Shown in pieces: positions 25,519 through 38,140 of a stretch of DNA of 64,000 nt. Origin of the DNA: Vicugna vicugna (Eukaryota); the NCBI GenBank assembly GCA_013265495.1, contig MU058463.1, positions 2,069,523 to 2,133,522 of the forward strand, in the 5' to 3' direction. Both the position numbers and the translations under genes were made by a program. The notes below the pieces were generated by a model that worked only from the letters and a program-made list of their open reading frames with translations, ran no database searches and was not told the origin of the DNA. How positions within the stretch are numbered: the first letter of the stretch is position 1; each line of letters starts with the position of its first letter.

Positions 25519-27479
25519 ATGTATCATAGATAGTTACATTGTATTTCAGATAATTCCAGTATCTGAAGTCCTTGAGGGCATAAATGTATTATTTTTCCTA
25601 ACTCTCATCACTTATTTCCTTTTTTTTGGTAGTAATTGATTTAACTTCTTAATTATAATCTGTGGAACTCTGGGTCTAGGACACTTGTCTAGAAAGAGAA
25701 TTGTGTTTGCTTCTACTGGATGTCAGATTACCTTACCTATCTGGAGTGACATTTATTTAGCGTATTAACTTAGGGTGTGTGAATTACACTGGTCATATAA
25801 ATTTGGACTCTGGGCGCAGTTGAGAGTAGGTGTATGATAACAAGTTCTCGTTTTCCCGAGAGCCCGGGTAACAAACAAGTTTAATTTTTGCTTTAAGCTA
25901 GCAGATATTTTTATGGTCACATTTTCACTGAAGAAGTAGTCCCTTCAAGGGGCCCAGGATTCTTAAGTTTAGCTGCTCTCCTTACAGGTCCGTTCGGTTT
26001 CTCCCATTATCTTGCATTGCCACTAACATCCTTGACTTTGACATTTGCTCCCAAGGCAGTCTGAGCTTCTTTTACCTACCACTCTGGTTTCAGCTAGCGA
26101 ATTTGTGCTTACTGTATTTTCTTTTCTCTTTTTTTATGTACCTTAGAAGTTTCTCTTCCTTCTTTATGATGTAAGCAATACACATAAAATGGTTTTTTGC
26201 TGTTGCTGTTGCTCATCCAGCATCTGCATACTTTTCAGTGTGAGAATCTTTTAGAATATGTAACCCCTCCCTACTGCTGAAACTAGGAGTCACAGGTAAC
26301 ATTTCGAGGAACTCTTAACACTCCTTTAAATAACACAGATTTTAACTTGGTACGTCTCTTTTCACTGATGCTTCAGAAAAGCAATGGTGTGAAGAAAGTC
26401 CTTCTACTGTCTGTAGGGTAGACTTCATCCAAGTGATGTCACAAAGAGTGAGGGGGAGCAAAAAGTACCCCCAAAAGATTTTTATGTGAAGATACCCATG
26501 ACCCTCCTACAACCTGTCCCAACCAGACTGTTTTCAGGCTTCCAGCTCGGGTTCTCCACAGATGGTGAGGCAACATATACACAGATGACTCATTTCAACT
26601 TCACGTGTGATATTCTGACCAAAGAATTTTTCTTTCCATTTGTTAGTTAAATCATGCCCCCCTCACTCCTACTATGGACTCCACATGACAGTGCTTAGAT
26701 GTCCGTACCACAGGTCCTTTAGACACAAATCCTTGGCATTCTTAGTGACCCCTTTAAATATCATTGTCTTTTTTCTCTTCCAATTGTCCTTTCTGTTCCT
26801 TTCTCAGAAGCAGTAGTACACTCAACTACCTATAACTTACTAAAAGGTGTTTCTGTAAGTCACTTATAATAAATCTGGCCACGATAACTTCTGTAACTGC
26901 TTATTAAGTAGACAAAGCCAAACACAAAGTTTATCTTTCTTGTGTGTCTGTTGCAATGAGACATAAGGAGGATATACGAGCATCTGCTACAGTCAGAACA
27001 AACTGGAGAAATTCTGGAGATTAACCATATTGGACACCAACTTGGAAATATGTCAGTACGATATGTTTAGAAAAATGAAATCCAGAGTTGCTACCCAGCT
27101 TCTTCAAGAAAATGTTTTGCCAATTCAAATATAAATACATGTGGTAATAATCAACGTCTGTGGCTTTTCTAGGCTACTATTGAATGCCCATTCTAAACTT
27201 AATGCATTTACTTTTAATGATATGTTTTATTTAAAAAATTCTATTGTTTAAAATTCTAATGGTTAAAATATAAAGTTTTAGACACTTTAAAGAACTAACA
27301 GAATGAAGAGAGTAAAGGAGAAAATGAGGAGAAAGGAAGAGTAAAAATGTGAACAAAGAAGAAAGAAAAAGAGAAAGCATAAAATTAAAAAAAAAGAATT
27401 GGGTAGAAAAGCAGTCTGAGAGTAAGGGAAAGTGGGAGGTTGAGAAGCAATATACGTAATAAAATTATGCTGAATGTGT

Positions 27480-27720
27480 AAGTTAGTAACCTATATGTAG
27501 ATCACTACCAAATCTATTTCTAAAAATTTTACCTTTCATCTGAGCTCCAAATTGATGTTTATAATCACTTTCTGCACTTTTCCATTGGATGAGTAAGAGA
27601 CATCTCAAAAATCGAAAGGCTTAACAGCCAACCACCCTCTATTCCTGACTCACTCTCCTCCTCTAAATTATAGATTATATATATATATAGTCTGCTGCAC
27701 CCAGAATTTCTTATCAAAGT
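27480..27720 (+). mobile_element. L2 fragment
   Basis: caaatctatttct...tctgagctccaaatt...tccattggatgagtaagagacatctcaaaa. Confidence 0.55.
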
Positions 27721-27724
27721 AAAT

Positions 27725-28117
27725 AGTCTACTTGGTTGGTTGGGGCAAATCCTTTTTTCTTTCTCCTTGAACATAGAGAGAAAAGACTGCCCAGCTTCTT
27801 TTGCAGTTAGGAATGGCTATGTGATTGATTCTACCAATGGAGTGTGTGTTAAAATGTATGCCCTTCCAGATCTTAATCCTTCACACTCTCTTCCTTTGTC
27901 TGACAGCCAGATGCCCAGAACCCAGTGGAAGACTCAGAAGCTCTAGGAGAGAAGAGGCACTGAAAGGAGGAAGCATAGGTCCCTGAATACCTGCTTAGAA
28001 TAAAGTCCTCCCCTATGACAGATGCTATGATTAGACTAACATATCAGCAAAATATTTATCTTTACTGAATTGAGGCATTGAGATTTGGGAGAATTATAAA
28101 GGCTCATCTTCCCAATT
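27725..28117 (+). mobile_element. MaLR LTR (MLT1I/J-like)
   Basis: ccagcttcttttgcagttagg...atgtga, ggaagcataggtccctgaat and gcattgagatttggg. Confidence 0.7.
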
Positions 28118-28701
28118 AAATTGGCATCTTGAAGTGAGGGATTCTTATAACGAACACCAAAAATACATGGCATTGACCCACCAGTCAGAAACCAAGTAGT
28201 AAAGAAGCAGCTGTCATAGGTCCTGAAAAGATGGTAACATATGTTCTACAACTGCAAATATTTAATAAAACCATTGCCTTAGCCACATAACACAACCTCA
28301 AGATCTAGAGGGAGCTAGAAAGAATCAGAATGTCGTGTGTTACCTGCTACTGGTTTCCTTAGGCAAGGTATGTCAAGAAGGAGATGAGCTTTAAAAAGGA
28401 ATTGTTTTGTTTCAAGCAGAAATTAAAAAGAGTACAGAAGGTTAGAAAAGCCCATTGCTACTAGACCTCTAGTAATAAAAGATTGAGAAAAGCTTCAAGT
28501 AAAAACTATCCAGTAAAACAAAAACTTGCTGATAGCCTCACGTTGTCTCTGGTATGTTGAGAGAGAAATATGAGAGCAATAAAATTATTTTAAAAGGAAA
28601 AATAAAAGCAAACATGAGACCTGGCGTAGAAAAGAACTAGAAAACAGTGTGGTTACTGACACATGGAACTGACTGGAAACAGTAAGATCAGGAGCCTCCT
28701 A
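28118..28701 (+). mobile_element. MLT1 internal region (continues at ~31117-31150 after Tigger1)
   Basis: aattggcatcttgaagtgaggg...catggcattg and gtgtggttactgacacatggaactgactggaa...agatcaggagcct. Confidence 0.7.
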
Positions 28702-31116
28702 CTGGCATATCTCATTTTATTGTGCTTTGAAGATACTACGTTTTTTATAAATAGAAGGTTTTTGGCAACCTTACTTCAAGCTAGTCTGGTAGCACCATTT
28801 TTTAAATAGTATTTGCTCACTTCATGTTTCTGTGTCACATTTTGATAATTTTCACAGTATTTCAAACTTTTCATTATTATCATATTTATTATGGTACTCT
28901 GTGATCTTTGATGTTAATATTCTAATTGTTTTGAGGTTCCATGAACTGCACTCATGTTAGACAGCACACTGAATCAATAAATGACTCAGTGCTCTGACTG
29001 TTGCACTGACTGGCCGTTCTCTCTCTCTCCCTCTTTCTGGACCTCCTTACTCCCTGAGACACAACAGTATCGAAATTGGATCAGTTAATAACCCTACAAT
29101 GTCCTCTAAGTGTTCAAGTGAAACTTGAAACTTGAATACTGTCTTTCACTTTAAGTCAAGAGCTAGAAATGATTAAGCTTAGTAAGGAAGGCATATCTAA
29201 AGCCAAGACAGGCCAAAAGCTAGGTCTCTTTCTCCAGTTAGCAAAGTTGGGAATGCAAAGGAAACGTTCTCGAAGGAAGTCAAATGCGCTACTCCAGGAA
29301 ACACGTGAATGATAAGAAAGCAAAACAGGCTTCTTGCTGATACAGAGAAAGCTTTAGTGGTCTGGATAGAAGATCAAACCAGCCACGACATTCCCTTAAG
29401 TCAAAGCCTAATCCAGAGCAAGACCTTAATTCTCTTCAATTCTGTGAAGGCTGAGAGAGGTGAGGAAGCTGCAGAAAAAGAAAGTGTGAAGCTAGTAGAG
29501 GTTGGCTCATGAGGTTTCAGGAAAGAAGCTGTCTTCATTATGTAAAAAGGTGAGGCAGCAAGTGCTGATGTAGAAGCTGCAGTAAGTTCTCCAGAAGATC
29601 TAGCTCAGATCATTAGTGAAGGTGGATACACTAAACAACAGATTTTCAGTGTCAATGAAACATCTTTATATTGGAAGAAGATGCCATCTAGGAATTTCAT
29701 AGCTAGACAGGAAAAGCCAATTCCTGGCTTCAAAGGACAGGCTGACTCTCCTGTTAAGGGTTAATACAGATAGTGACTTAAGTTGATGCCAGTGCTCATT
29801 TTTCATTTTGAAAATTCTAGGACCCTTAAGAATTATATAAGCTCAATCTACTCTTCCTGTGCTCTGTAAATGGAACAAAAAAGCTTGGATAAGAGCACAC
29901 CTGTTTATAACATGGTTTCCTGAATATTTTAAGCCCACTGTTGGGACACATTGCTCAGAAAAAAAGATTTCACTCAAATATGACTGTTCATGGACAATTC
30001 TCCTGGTCACCCAAGAGCTGTGATGGAGATGTACAAGGAGATTCATACTGTTTCCACACCTTCTAACACAACACCCGTTCTGCAGCCCATGGATCAAGGA
30101 GTAAATTCAATGTGCGAGTCTTATTATTTCAGAGATGCATTTTGTAAGGCTAAAGCTGCCATAGGTAGTGATCCCTCTGATGGATCTAGACAAAGTCAAG
30201 TGCAAACCATGGAAAGGACTTACCATTCTAGATGTCATTAAGGACATTTGTGATCCATGGGAAGAGGTAAAGCTATCAACATTCACAGGAATTTGGAGGA
30301 CGTTGATTCCAACCCTCATGGATGACTTCGAGGGGTTCAAGACTTCAGTGGAGGAAGTAACCACAAGTGTGGTAGAAATAGCAAGAGAACTACAAGTGGA
30401 CTCTAAAGATGTGACTGAATTTCTGCCACCTCGTGATAAAACTTTAATGGATGAAGAGTTTCTTATGTGTGAGCAGAGGAAGTTTGGGATGGAATCTACT
30501 CCTGGCGAAGATGCTGCAAAGATTGTTGAAATGACAACAAAGAATTTAGAATATTATTTAAAGCTAGTTGATAAAGCAGTGGACAGGGTTCGAGAGGACT
30601 GACTCCAATTTTGAAAGAAGCTCTCCAGTGGGTCAAATTCTATCAAACAGCATCAAGGGTTCCAGAGTAATTTAGTGAGAACAAGAATCTATTTTTCTAC
30701 AGAGAAATTATCTGTGAAAGGAAGTGCCAATCGATGCAGCAAACTTTACTGTTGTCTTAGTTTTAAAAATTGCCACAGCCACCCCAACCCACAGCAACCA
30801 TCACCCTGATCAGTCAGCAGCCATCAACATCAAGGCAAGACCCTCCACCATCAAAACCACTGTGACTTGCTGAAAACTTGTGTGATGGTTAGCATTTTTT
30901 TTTAGGAATAAGGTGTTTGTTAATTAAAGTATGTACATTTTTCAGACATAATGTTACTGCACAATAGACCGTAATATAGTGTAAACATAACTTTTATATG
31001 CACTGGAAAACCAGAAAACTCATGTGACTTGCTTTACTGTGATATCCACTTAATTGCAACATTCACTTTACTGTGGTGGTCTGGAACTAAAGCCACAGTA
31101 TCTCTGAGGTATGCCT
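28702..31116 (+). mobile_element. Full-length Tigger1 DNA transposon (pogo/Tc1-mariner), transposase disabled
   Basis: Termini ctggcatatctc and gaggtatgcct, flanked by TA, about 2.4 kb. ORF pieces match Tigger1 transposase ([55 protein letters not shown]). Confidence 0.95.
29099..30890 (+). pseudogene. Tigger1 transposase remnant (CENP-B HTH plus DDE), frameshifted
   Basis: Begins MSSKCSS at 29099 and is broken across ORFs 29309-29512, 29990-30241 and 30168-30602. Confidence 0.85.
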
Positions 31117-31479
31117 TAATTTTTGAGACAGTTGTATCAAGAAAGAAATTATTAACCGATGTCTTTTCCTTGCTCATTGACAGAAAATGGACATGGGATT
31201 CAGCAACGTCTTAATTTTGCATATATTTAGAATAGTGACTAATCCTATTTCTCCTAACACTAGTATGACTCCACTTGACTTCCTCCCTCAATGCTATTTT
31301 CCAACTGAGGCTTTCAGGGTAACACCCTCTGTTGTACCAGCATCAACTCTCTCTGTTTGTCCCCAAGACAGTCAAGCCTCTAGCTTTTCTCCTCGTTTTC
31401 CCACCTTCTGTCTGTGTTCCCCTCCTCCTGGGGGTGGAGAACAAGACTGGAACATGTGCTGCTTCAAATATCCATCCAG

Positions 31480-31780
31480 TGTCCATCCTCTTTACTCCAT
31501 TTAGACTATGAAATTCCCAGTCACCTTTAAATTCCAATTCAAATATTACCTCCTCTGTGAAACTGTCCTTGATCCTCAAAGCAAAGTTTGACCTTCTCTT
31601 CTTCATACTCCTCTGGAACTTTTTAATTCTCCTATTTTATCACTAATCTCATTGTACTTTAACGTTTTGTTTCTTGTTCATCTCTCTCTAGAGAGTACGT
31701 TGAAGATAGAATGTTTTCTTCTTCATTCTCATCTTCCTGGTTTCCAGCACAAGGAAGGTGTGTTTCTTGAGTAACTAAGC
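31480..31780 (+). mobile_element. L2 3' fragment
   Basis: aattcaaatattacctcctctgtgaaactgtcct. Confidence 0.6.
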
Positions 31781-32738
31781 CCATAAGATCACTGATCCCC
31801 AAAATGCAGTTGAGGAAGAACAAAAACAGTGGGGTTCAGCTTGTCAGTACGGAGTATCAAAAACACACTAAGCTGACCAAAAGACCTGACTCTGTCACTG
31901 TCTTCTGGAGCAATGAACAAAGCATCTTAAACTCCCTAGATCAACTGGAAAGATTTTCCAATTCCAAATTCTAGCTATCACCCAGACATAGTCCTTCCAC
32001 ACCAAAAATAGCAGGGGATGAGGACACATGCAACAATTTATCATGGACAACACCATGCACAGAATTTCTTTGGAGTTTGGTGTGGTGTAACTGTGACCTA
32101 CTCACTTTTCATACATCAGTAGTAGTAATACTTTGTTAATCAGGATTTTATTTACCATCTTCTCCCTCTAGTAAAATTAAAACTTCTTGGTTGCCTTCTT
32201 TAAACTCTGCATTTTCATGAACATGCCTTTTTTATTTGGTCTCTCTGATCATCATCCAGCTTCCAAATTAACAAAGACTTCTTCAAAAGCTTTGCCATTT
32301 CACTGATAGTTACCTCTGAATATGTAAACAGAAATACATTGGTTTTAAAAGTAATTATTTCAAAGTCAGAAGTTAGCTGCTTCATGAGAAATATCTTACT
32401 TGTAGGAGAAAATTGCCCATGATACTTGGCTTGGTTTAGCCCAGCTTGGATGAGGGGTCCAAATCTGTCATAAATGATACTGGATCAAGCTCGTACTCAA
32501 AGAGGGAGGAACATGTGCATGTTATCAAGTCATTATCTCATTACTGCCATCCGTTCTGTGTGTGTGCTGGGCAGCGGCAAGTCTGTCTGCTCTAAGCCTG
32601 AGAATGAAACCTTAATGCCAGTAGTTATCAGGCTGCTGGGAAAATGGTAAAAGCTAGGCTGTGGTAAGATTAAGATTCAACTATCTACACAAGGAAGTTT
32701 AGAAATCTTGAAAAAAAAAAAAAAAAAAAGACTGGCCT

Positions 32739-32858
32739 GGTGGGGAGGGTACAATAGCTCAGTGGTAGAGTGTGTGCATAGCCTGCACGAGATCCATTAA
32801 ATATATTGTTAATTAAATAAACCTAATCGCCTCTCCCCCCCAAATTAAATAAATAAAA
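32739..32858 (+). mobile_element. tRNA-derived SINE (camelid Vic-1-like), internally deleted
   Basis: ggggagggt..atagctcagtggtagag A-box head and aaataaacctaat...cccccc A-rich tail. The repeat tggcct flanks it (32733-32738 and 32859-32864). Confidence 0.8.
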
Positions 32859-33799
32859 TGGCCTAATGGACAATTGATTTTTATGACCCTTTAACATATT
32901 TAAAAGTTTTAATAAACACACATAAATAAATACATCAATTTTTCAGGAAGGCCTGACATCTCACATGCTTAATAGAAAAATTTTTTATAGTTCTAACTAC
33001 TGACTATAGTTAGAATGTGCCTTGAAGTTCCAGTTAAGTTAATATATAACTTTTAAGTGTGTCTTCAAGTTCTGGGAAAGAAACTTCATCTCGTTCCCTT
33101 TTCATTTTAGGAAGATTTTGAAAATCAAAACAATGTCAGAAATATGTAGAATGGGGATTTTGAATGGTTTTCTTTCTTTCCCACAGGGTCTTAATTATTG
33201 GGGACCCTAGATCCTATTTCCTCCTATATCAGCAGGGAGTTGCAGAAAGGACACTAGCCAGACTGTGGGAACAAAGACCAGAGTGTGAGTTTTCCATGCA
33301 TTTTTCTCCATTAAGCCAGAGCCATATAAGACTGTGGAAATTCCTGCTCTTTTTGGCTCCATTTTCCCAAACACACACTATCTGTGGTTTAAGATACAAG
33401 TCTTCTATTTCTCCAAAATTCAAGAAAAGCCAAACCTCCCATAAAATTCATTAGCCAGTTAAGCAAATGTCTAGTGTCTCAGTGCCTGGGAACATTCAGC
33501 GACAAGTGTGATAACTGATTTGGATATTTTGGTGATCTTACTTTCATTCCTTTAAATTTCGTATCAAAGCAGAACTAATAAATACACATGTAAATTTTGA
33601 CATCTTTAAAAACTCTACAGCAGATAGAGTTTTTATTCCCTGACTCTTTAAATTCCTGAAACTAAACATTTTTTTCAACACAGCATAATGATATATTCAA
33701 GGAAGAGGGATTAAAAAGTCAATAATACCCTAACACTTCTAGCATGAATAAAATTCTGAAATCTAGTTGACAGCCAAAACCTCCCAACCCCCAAATTCT

Positions 33800-35955
33800 T
33801 GAGGTCATTAAATGGGTGTTGTAAATTCTTTACTCTTCCTGTCTTGAAGCGTGCAGTCTAATTCCCCTCTCCTTGAACCAGGAGTGGACTTGATACATTG
33901 ACTGATGAGTCGAATGAGGCTGATAGGTTGTTCTGGCATTTCTGGGAGCAGGAAGTAAGAAGCCTGGCAACTTCTCCCCAGACTTTGGAACAGTCTCTGA
34001 GGGAGCCCTGGGCCACCGTAGAAGAAGTCTGACCACCTTGAGTCCACCCTGCTGTGAGAAGGTCAAGCCATGTGGAGAGGTGCTGGGTAGGGGGGGACAC
34101 TGCACAGGGAGAGAGAAGTCAAGGAGCAATCAAATATGTAGGTGAAGCAGCTCCCATATGAGTGGATTCTCTAGCTCTAAATGCCTCAGCTGATGTCACA
34201 GATGGATTAGAGACAAACTGTCCACTGAGCCTAGAGCAGAAAATCCTGAGTAGAATCAAAGGGCTGTTTTAAGCTATTGTCTTTCCGGGGGCTTTGTTAC
34301 ACAGCGATGCATAAAACAGAACAGAGTTTGGTACCTGCTTTGGGATGTCAGTATAACAAAAACCTAACACATGTGCCATTAGCTTTTGGACCCAACAGTG
34401 AGCAAAAGTCAGAAGGGCATCTCCACTGGGCTTGAAGGACAGTGAGGAAGTGGAGACTGAAGCCTGGAGTAAAGGGCTCACCACTAGTCTGTAGTGGTAA
34501 GAAATTTGGCAACACCATGTCCTTCTAGAATGTAAAATATATATATATATATATATATATCCCTAAGGAATGGAGAGATTTGTCTCAAGAGATTTCCAGT
34601 TAGAATGCTAAAAGTGACAACCAGCCTCTCGAGGCTGTGTATAATAATGTGTAAAAAGAGAGAAATGAATTTTTAAAAAAAAAGAATTGTTCCACTTTGA
34701 CGCAGAATTGAGAGGAAACCTAAAGGAGCCAGAACTTGCTGGATTTAAAAATAAAACTGTTTTTACATTCTAGTTTTTCCAATCAGCAAAAGACCGTCAA
34801 AATAAGAAATGGCCTCTAGGTAAGTACCAAATTTGGGGCACTACCACTAAAGCACTGCCGTAAGGCAACAGCACCAAGCACATGGCCAAGAAGGATTGAA
34901 GGCTGTGTATAATAGGGCTTCCAAAAATCCTAAGGTCTTGTCTCTTAGATGAAAAGGCCTCTAAAAATCTTATAGATAGTGTCCCCAAGCATCCTGACTC
35001 TCAGTCGTAGATTTAAAAAAAAAAAGAAAAGAAAAGAAAAGGCTGATTTTGGAAAGAGGCAAGGTCTGGCTTTGGACTAATGGAGTAGGTTACAATGTGA
35101 TACACACAAATCTACAAAATTTTTAAAGAAATTATGTTAATTTGAGCAGACATTACAAATGAAAAGCCTTTGAAGCCTGGAATGGGGAGTGGCAGGGGGG
35201 CAGGGAGGAGGGAGAAAGCAGAATAAGAAAACTAGTCGGCTGGAAATAAGGATCATTTCTTACAGAAAAGGAAGGATGCCTCAGTGGGCAGAACCAGGAG
35301 TCCTGAAGGAAGGCAGCGCAAATAGCCACGGAGACTCATTCTCAGGAAGCAGGACTGGGCCCTCACTAAGGGAGCGGCAACGCTGTAACACATGCCCAGC
35401 TGGGTTTGGTTATCGCTATGAACAAATATCTGCTCATATGACTTCCACTTCCTCCCTTTTTGAACTAAAATGTCTCCTGTGGTTCTCCTCTGGCTGCCCG
35501 TTTCTGTTGGGCATTGGGGAAGGGGGACGCGGGAAACTCATCTCTTTAGCTCACAGATCTTCAGAACTGTTCCAGAAACTTCACCTGAGAAACTGACCCA
35601 CAACCGGACCCGAATTCGCTGATCAGACCCCAGACTTCGAGCCAGTGCTGGAAAAGGCTGAGAATGAGCAGCTTTGGAATGTGTGAATGTATCGTGTGCT
35701 TCGGGGGAAATGTAAATAAGTTGTGGCAAAAAGGCAGGTGGTGATAGATGAATATTGACCAGAAAGTTCTCCCACTGCATTTTGACTGGCCTTAGCATCT
35801 TGCTTGACCTACATAACGCGGTGCAGGTGACAAGCTGGGACTTCTGAGGCTGGAGTGTAAGAAGCCTTTCAGCTTCTCCGGGGGTCTGTTGGAACACATT
35901 CTCTGAGAGCCGTGAACCGTCGTGTAAAATATCTGACCCACCCCAGACCATCTCG
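33800..35955 (+). mobile_element. MLT1 (G/H-like) MaLR provirus: 5' LTR 33800-34323, internal 34324-35739, partial 3' LTR 35740-35955
   Basis: LTR end ttttaagcta...ttgttacacagc...aacagaaca followed by the internal start gagtttggtacc. The second copy repeats gtaagaagcct...cttctcc...ttggaaca...tctgacc. Confidence 0.8.
34538..34560. repeat. (TA)n microsatellite
   Basis: tatatatatatatatatatatat. Confidence 0.9.
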
Positions 35956-36144
35956 CACTCCTTGCCAGAACTGAAAGGAATATTGCTATGTTTGAAAACA
36001 GAGATGCATCCTGTTTATTATTCAACGCAACAGCGTTTCCGGGTGGGTTGGAACTGAGACTCAGAACGTCGCAATGAGAGGTCAGTCTCACCCCAAGCCC
36101 CCCACACACACTGCAACTCCTTGAATCCTACCTACGAGGGCAAA

Positions 36145-36530
36145 TGTATTCACACAGTTCCTCCGCAGAGTACTTACTGAGTGCCTGGAGCCGGCTAAGT
36201 ACTCTTCTATAAACTGAGCATACGTCAATACGAATAAAATAACACCAATTAAAAAAAAGTCCCTGGACCTCCTGGACCTTAACGATATCTTCAAGAGAAA
36301 CAAAATGAACAGGTAAACGAAACAGTGTGTTGGAGAGGATCATGCTGTGGGTAAAATGAAGCAAGAAGAAAGGATAGGAGCAGCAAGGACGGGGCGATTT
36401 AAACACAAGAAGCTGATGTGGAAGCAAAACCATGAAAGAGGTAAGGGAGTGAGCCCTGTGGATGTAACGGAGCAGGCAGGGCATTCCAGAGCAAGACCCA
36501 GGAGGAAGAGATGTGCCTGGTGTTTCCCAG
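36145..36530 (-). mobile_element. L2a 3' fragment
   Basis: tacttactgagtgcct...gtccctggacctcctggacctta...gagtgagccctgtggat. Confidence 0.65.
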
Positions 36531-37229
36531 CATATACGGTAGATGGAAAACCTTAGTGGAAGGCAGAGGGTACTCAGGGACCTAAAATAACCATCAGTGA
36601 GGGTTCCTTATAGTAGCTCAGACCCAACATCACGGTGGTGAGAAGTGCCGAAGCACTGATTCCAGGCACAAGTGAGGCTGTACTCGAACCTGCAGTGGCC
36701 CCGCCTCCTGGAGTTCTGTGCTCTATGGGGAGCTGAAGGCTGCGTAGGAGAACTGAAAGCCCTGAATCTAAGCAGCTCTGTGAGACCCTCCTCAGACCAG
36801 GGAACTGGGTGGTACGACACAAATAACTAGGAAACAAACCATGGCTAGGAGCCTAAACAATTCTTTCCTGCACACCACCTATCCTCTGCCCCCACCTCAC
36901 CCCCAGAAAGATACACTTCTTTTAAGCACGTTTCATTTTGAATGAATCAAGCTTACTGAAATGCTGCAAAAATAGCACAAACTACTTTTTCCCTAAACAA
37001 TTCGAAAAGAATTCGTTGAAGGATGCCTCAGGACCCCCGCATATATTTGTGCTTTATTCCCTACAAACCAGGACATTGTCCCACGTAACTTCGGCATCAC
37101 CATCAAAATTGTGAAAATGACACCGATACTTATCTACATCTAGTTCTTAGAGCTGGTTCAAATCTCACCAAATGATGAAGACGGTTTCTGGAAGAACTGC
37201 ATGTTCTTTCCCTTGCTGAGGACCGACCC

Positions 37230-38140
37230 CTCTTTCCTAGGCCCTGCTCTGGGCTCCGCGCCAGGCAGATGCAATACAGCAGTGAAACAGGCAGGTGAAG
37301 ATCCCTGCCCTTGTGGTTGTAGTCTAGTGGGTGGAAAAGGAACAGATTTTGAAATAATAACACGTAAATTACAGAGTACATTAGATGTAAACAGATAACT
37401 GCTGTGGGGAAGAAAGTGGAAAAGGAGAAGAGGACAGGGGAGGTAGGAAGGGAAGTTTGTGATTTCAAACAGGGCAGCCAGGGTTGGCCTCACTGAGAGC
37501 CCGACACTTTTCTCCTAAATCTCCAGAAGAAAGAAAGAAGCCAGGCATTTTGCCTTGCCTGGAGTGGTCTGGGTAACTGTGAGTAAAGGAAGTGAAAGGT
37601 GAGACACAGGAGATGAGAGCAGAATAGCAAAGACCTTTAGGTCTTTATAAAGTCTTTGTCTATGATTAAGAGTGAAATCAGGAGCCCTTGCAGAATTTTC
37701 AGCTGAGGAATGACATGAATGGATGGTCAGCATTACTGACTGCAATGTTGAGAAATAGACTGTAGGGGGAGTTATGGTAGATGCGGGGGGCCAGTTAAAG
37801 GCAATTACAGTAACCCAGGTAAGAGATTACGGTGGCTGGTCAGTGGTAGTAGCAGTGGGTAGGTGCTCTGAATAAATAATCAGGCTCTGAATATTTTAGA
37901 GATGTAAGAAGGAAAAGACACTTGTCTATTGGTCCAAGAGAAGGATGAGTCATGAGTGATAGAGAGAGACCTTTAAGGTGGTGGTGATAGGCAGAAGGCA
38001 ACCCAGACAAACCAAGGAGGGTCAGTGCCACCATATGAGTGACCTCAGTGGACATAAAGTATGCACCATCCCCGTGCAGCAGAGACCTGGAGCAGGTGAT
38101 TGAGAACTCCAGGGAGCAGTAACAAAGAACCAGACTCAAG
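37230..38140 (-). mobile_element. L2a fragment(s)
   Basis: atacagcagtgaaacagg...ccctgcccttgtgg...tctagtggg and ggagcccttgcagaattttcagctgaggaatgacatga. Confidence 0.75.

Larger units (their letters stand above)
19830..26300 (-). mobile_element. Cluster of old antisense L1M/HAL1 fragments (3' UTR, ORF2, endonuclease and ORF1 regions)
   Basis: T-rich antisense L1 text. ORF fragments CQIKITVEWYFSSTRLA...CGWWKYKLVQPLWK (20379-20564) and KVDFRVRKITREKVGYYIMIKESIYQE (21700-21894, endonuclease). Confidence 0.8.

Noticed and set aside
29309..30602. Possible TIGD1-like domesticated transposase
   Set aside because: Multiple frameshifts and stops, and it sits inside an ordinary TIR-bounded Tigger1.
32741..32790. 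tRNA gene (also 58760-58838)
   Set aside because: tRNA-like head followed by SINE body, A-rich tail and flanking repeats. No complete cloverleaf.
32991..33015. 9-bp inverted repeat ttctaacta/tagttagaa
   Set aside because: Short AT-rich stem, plausible by chance in 64 kb.
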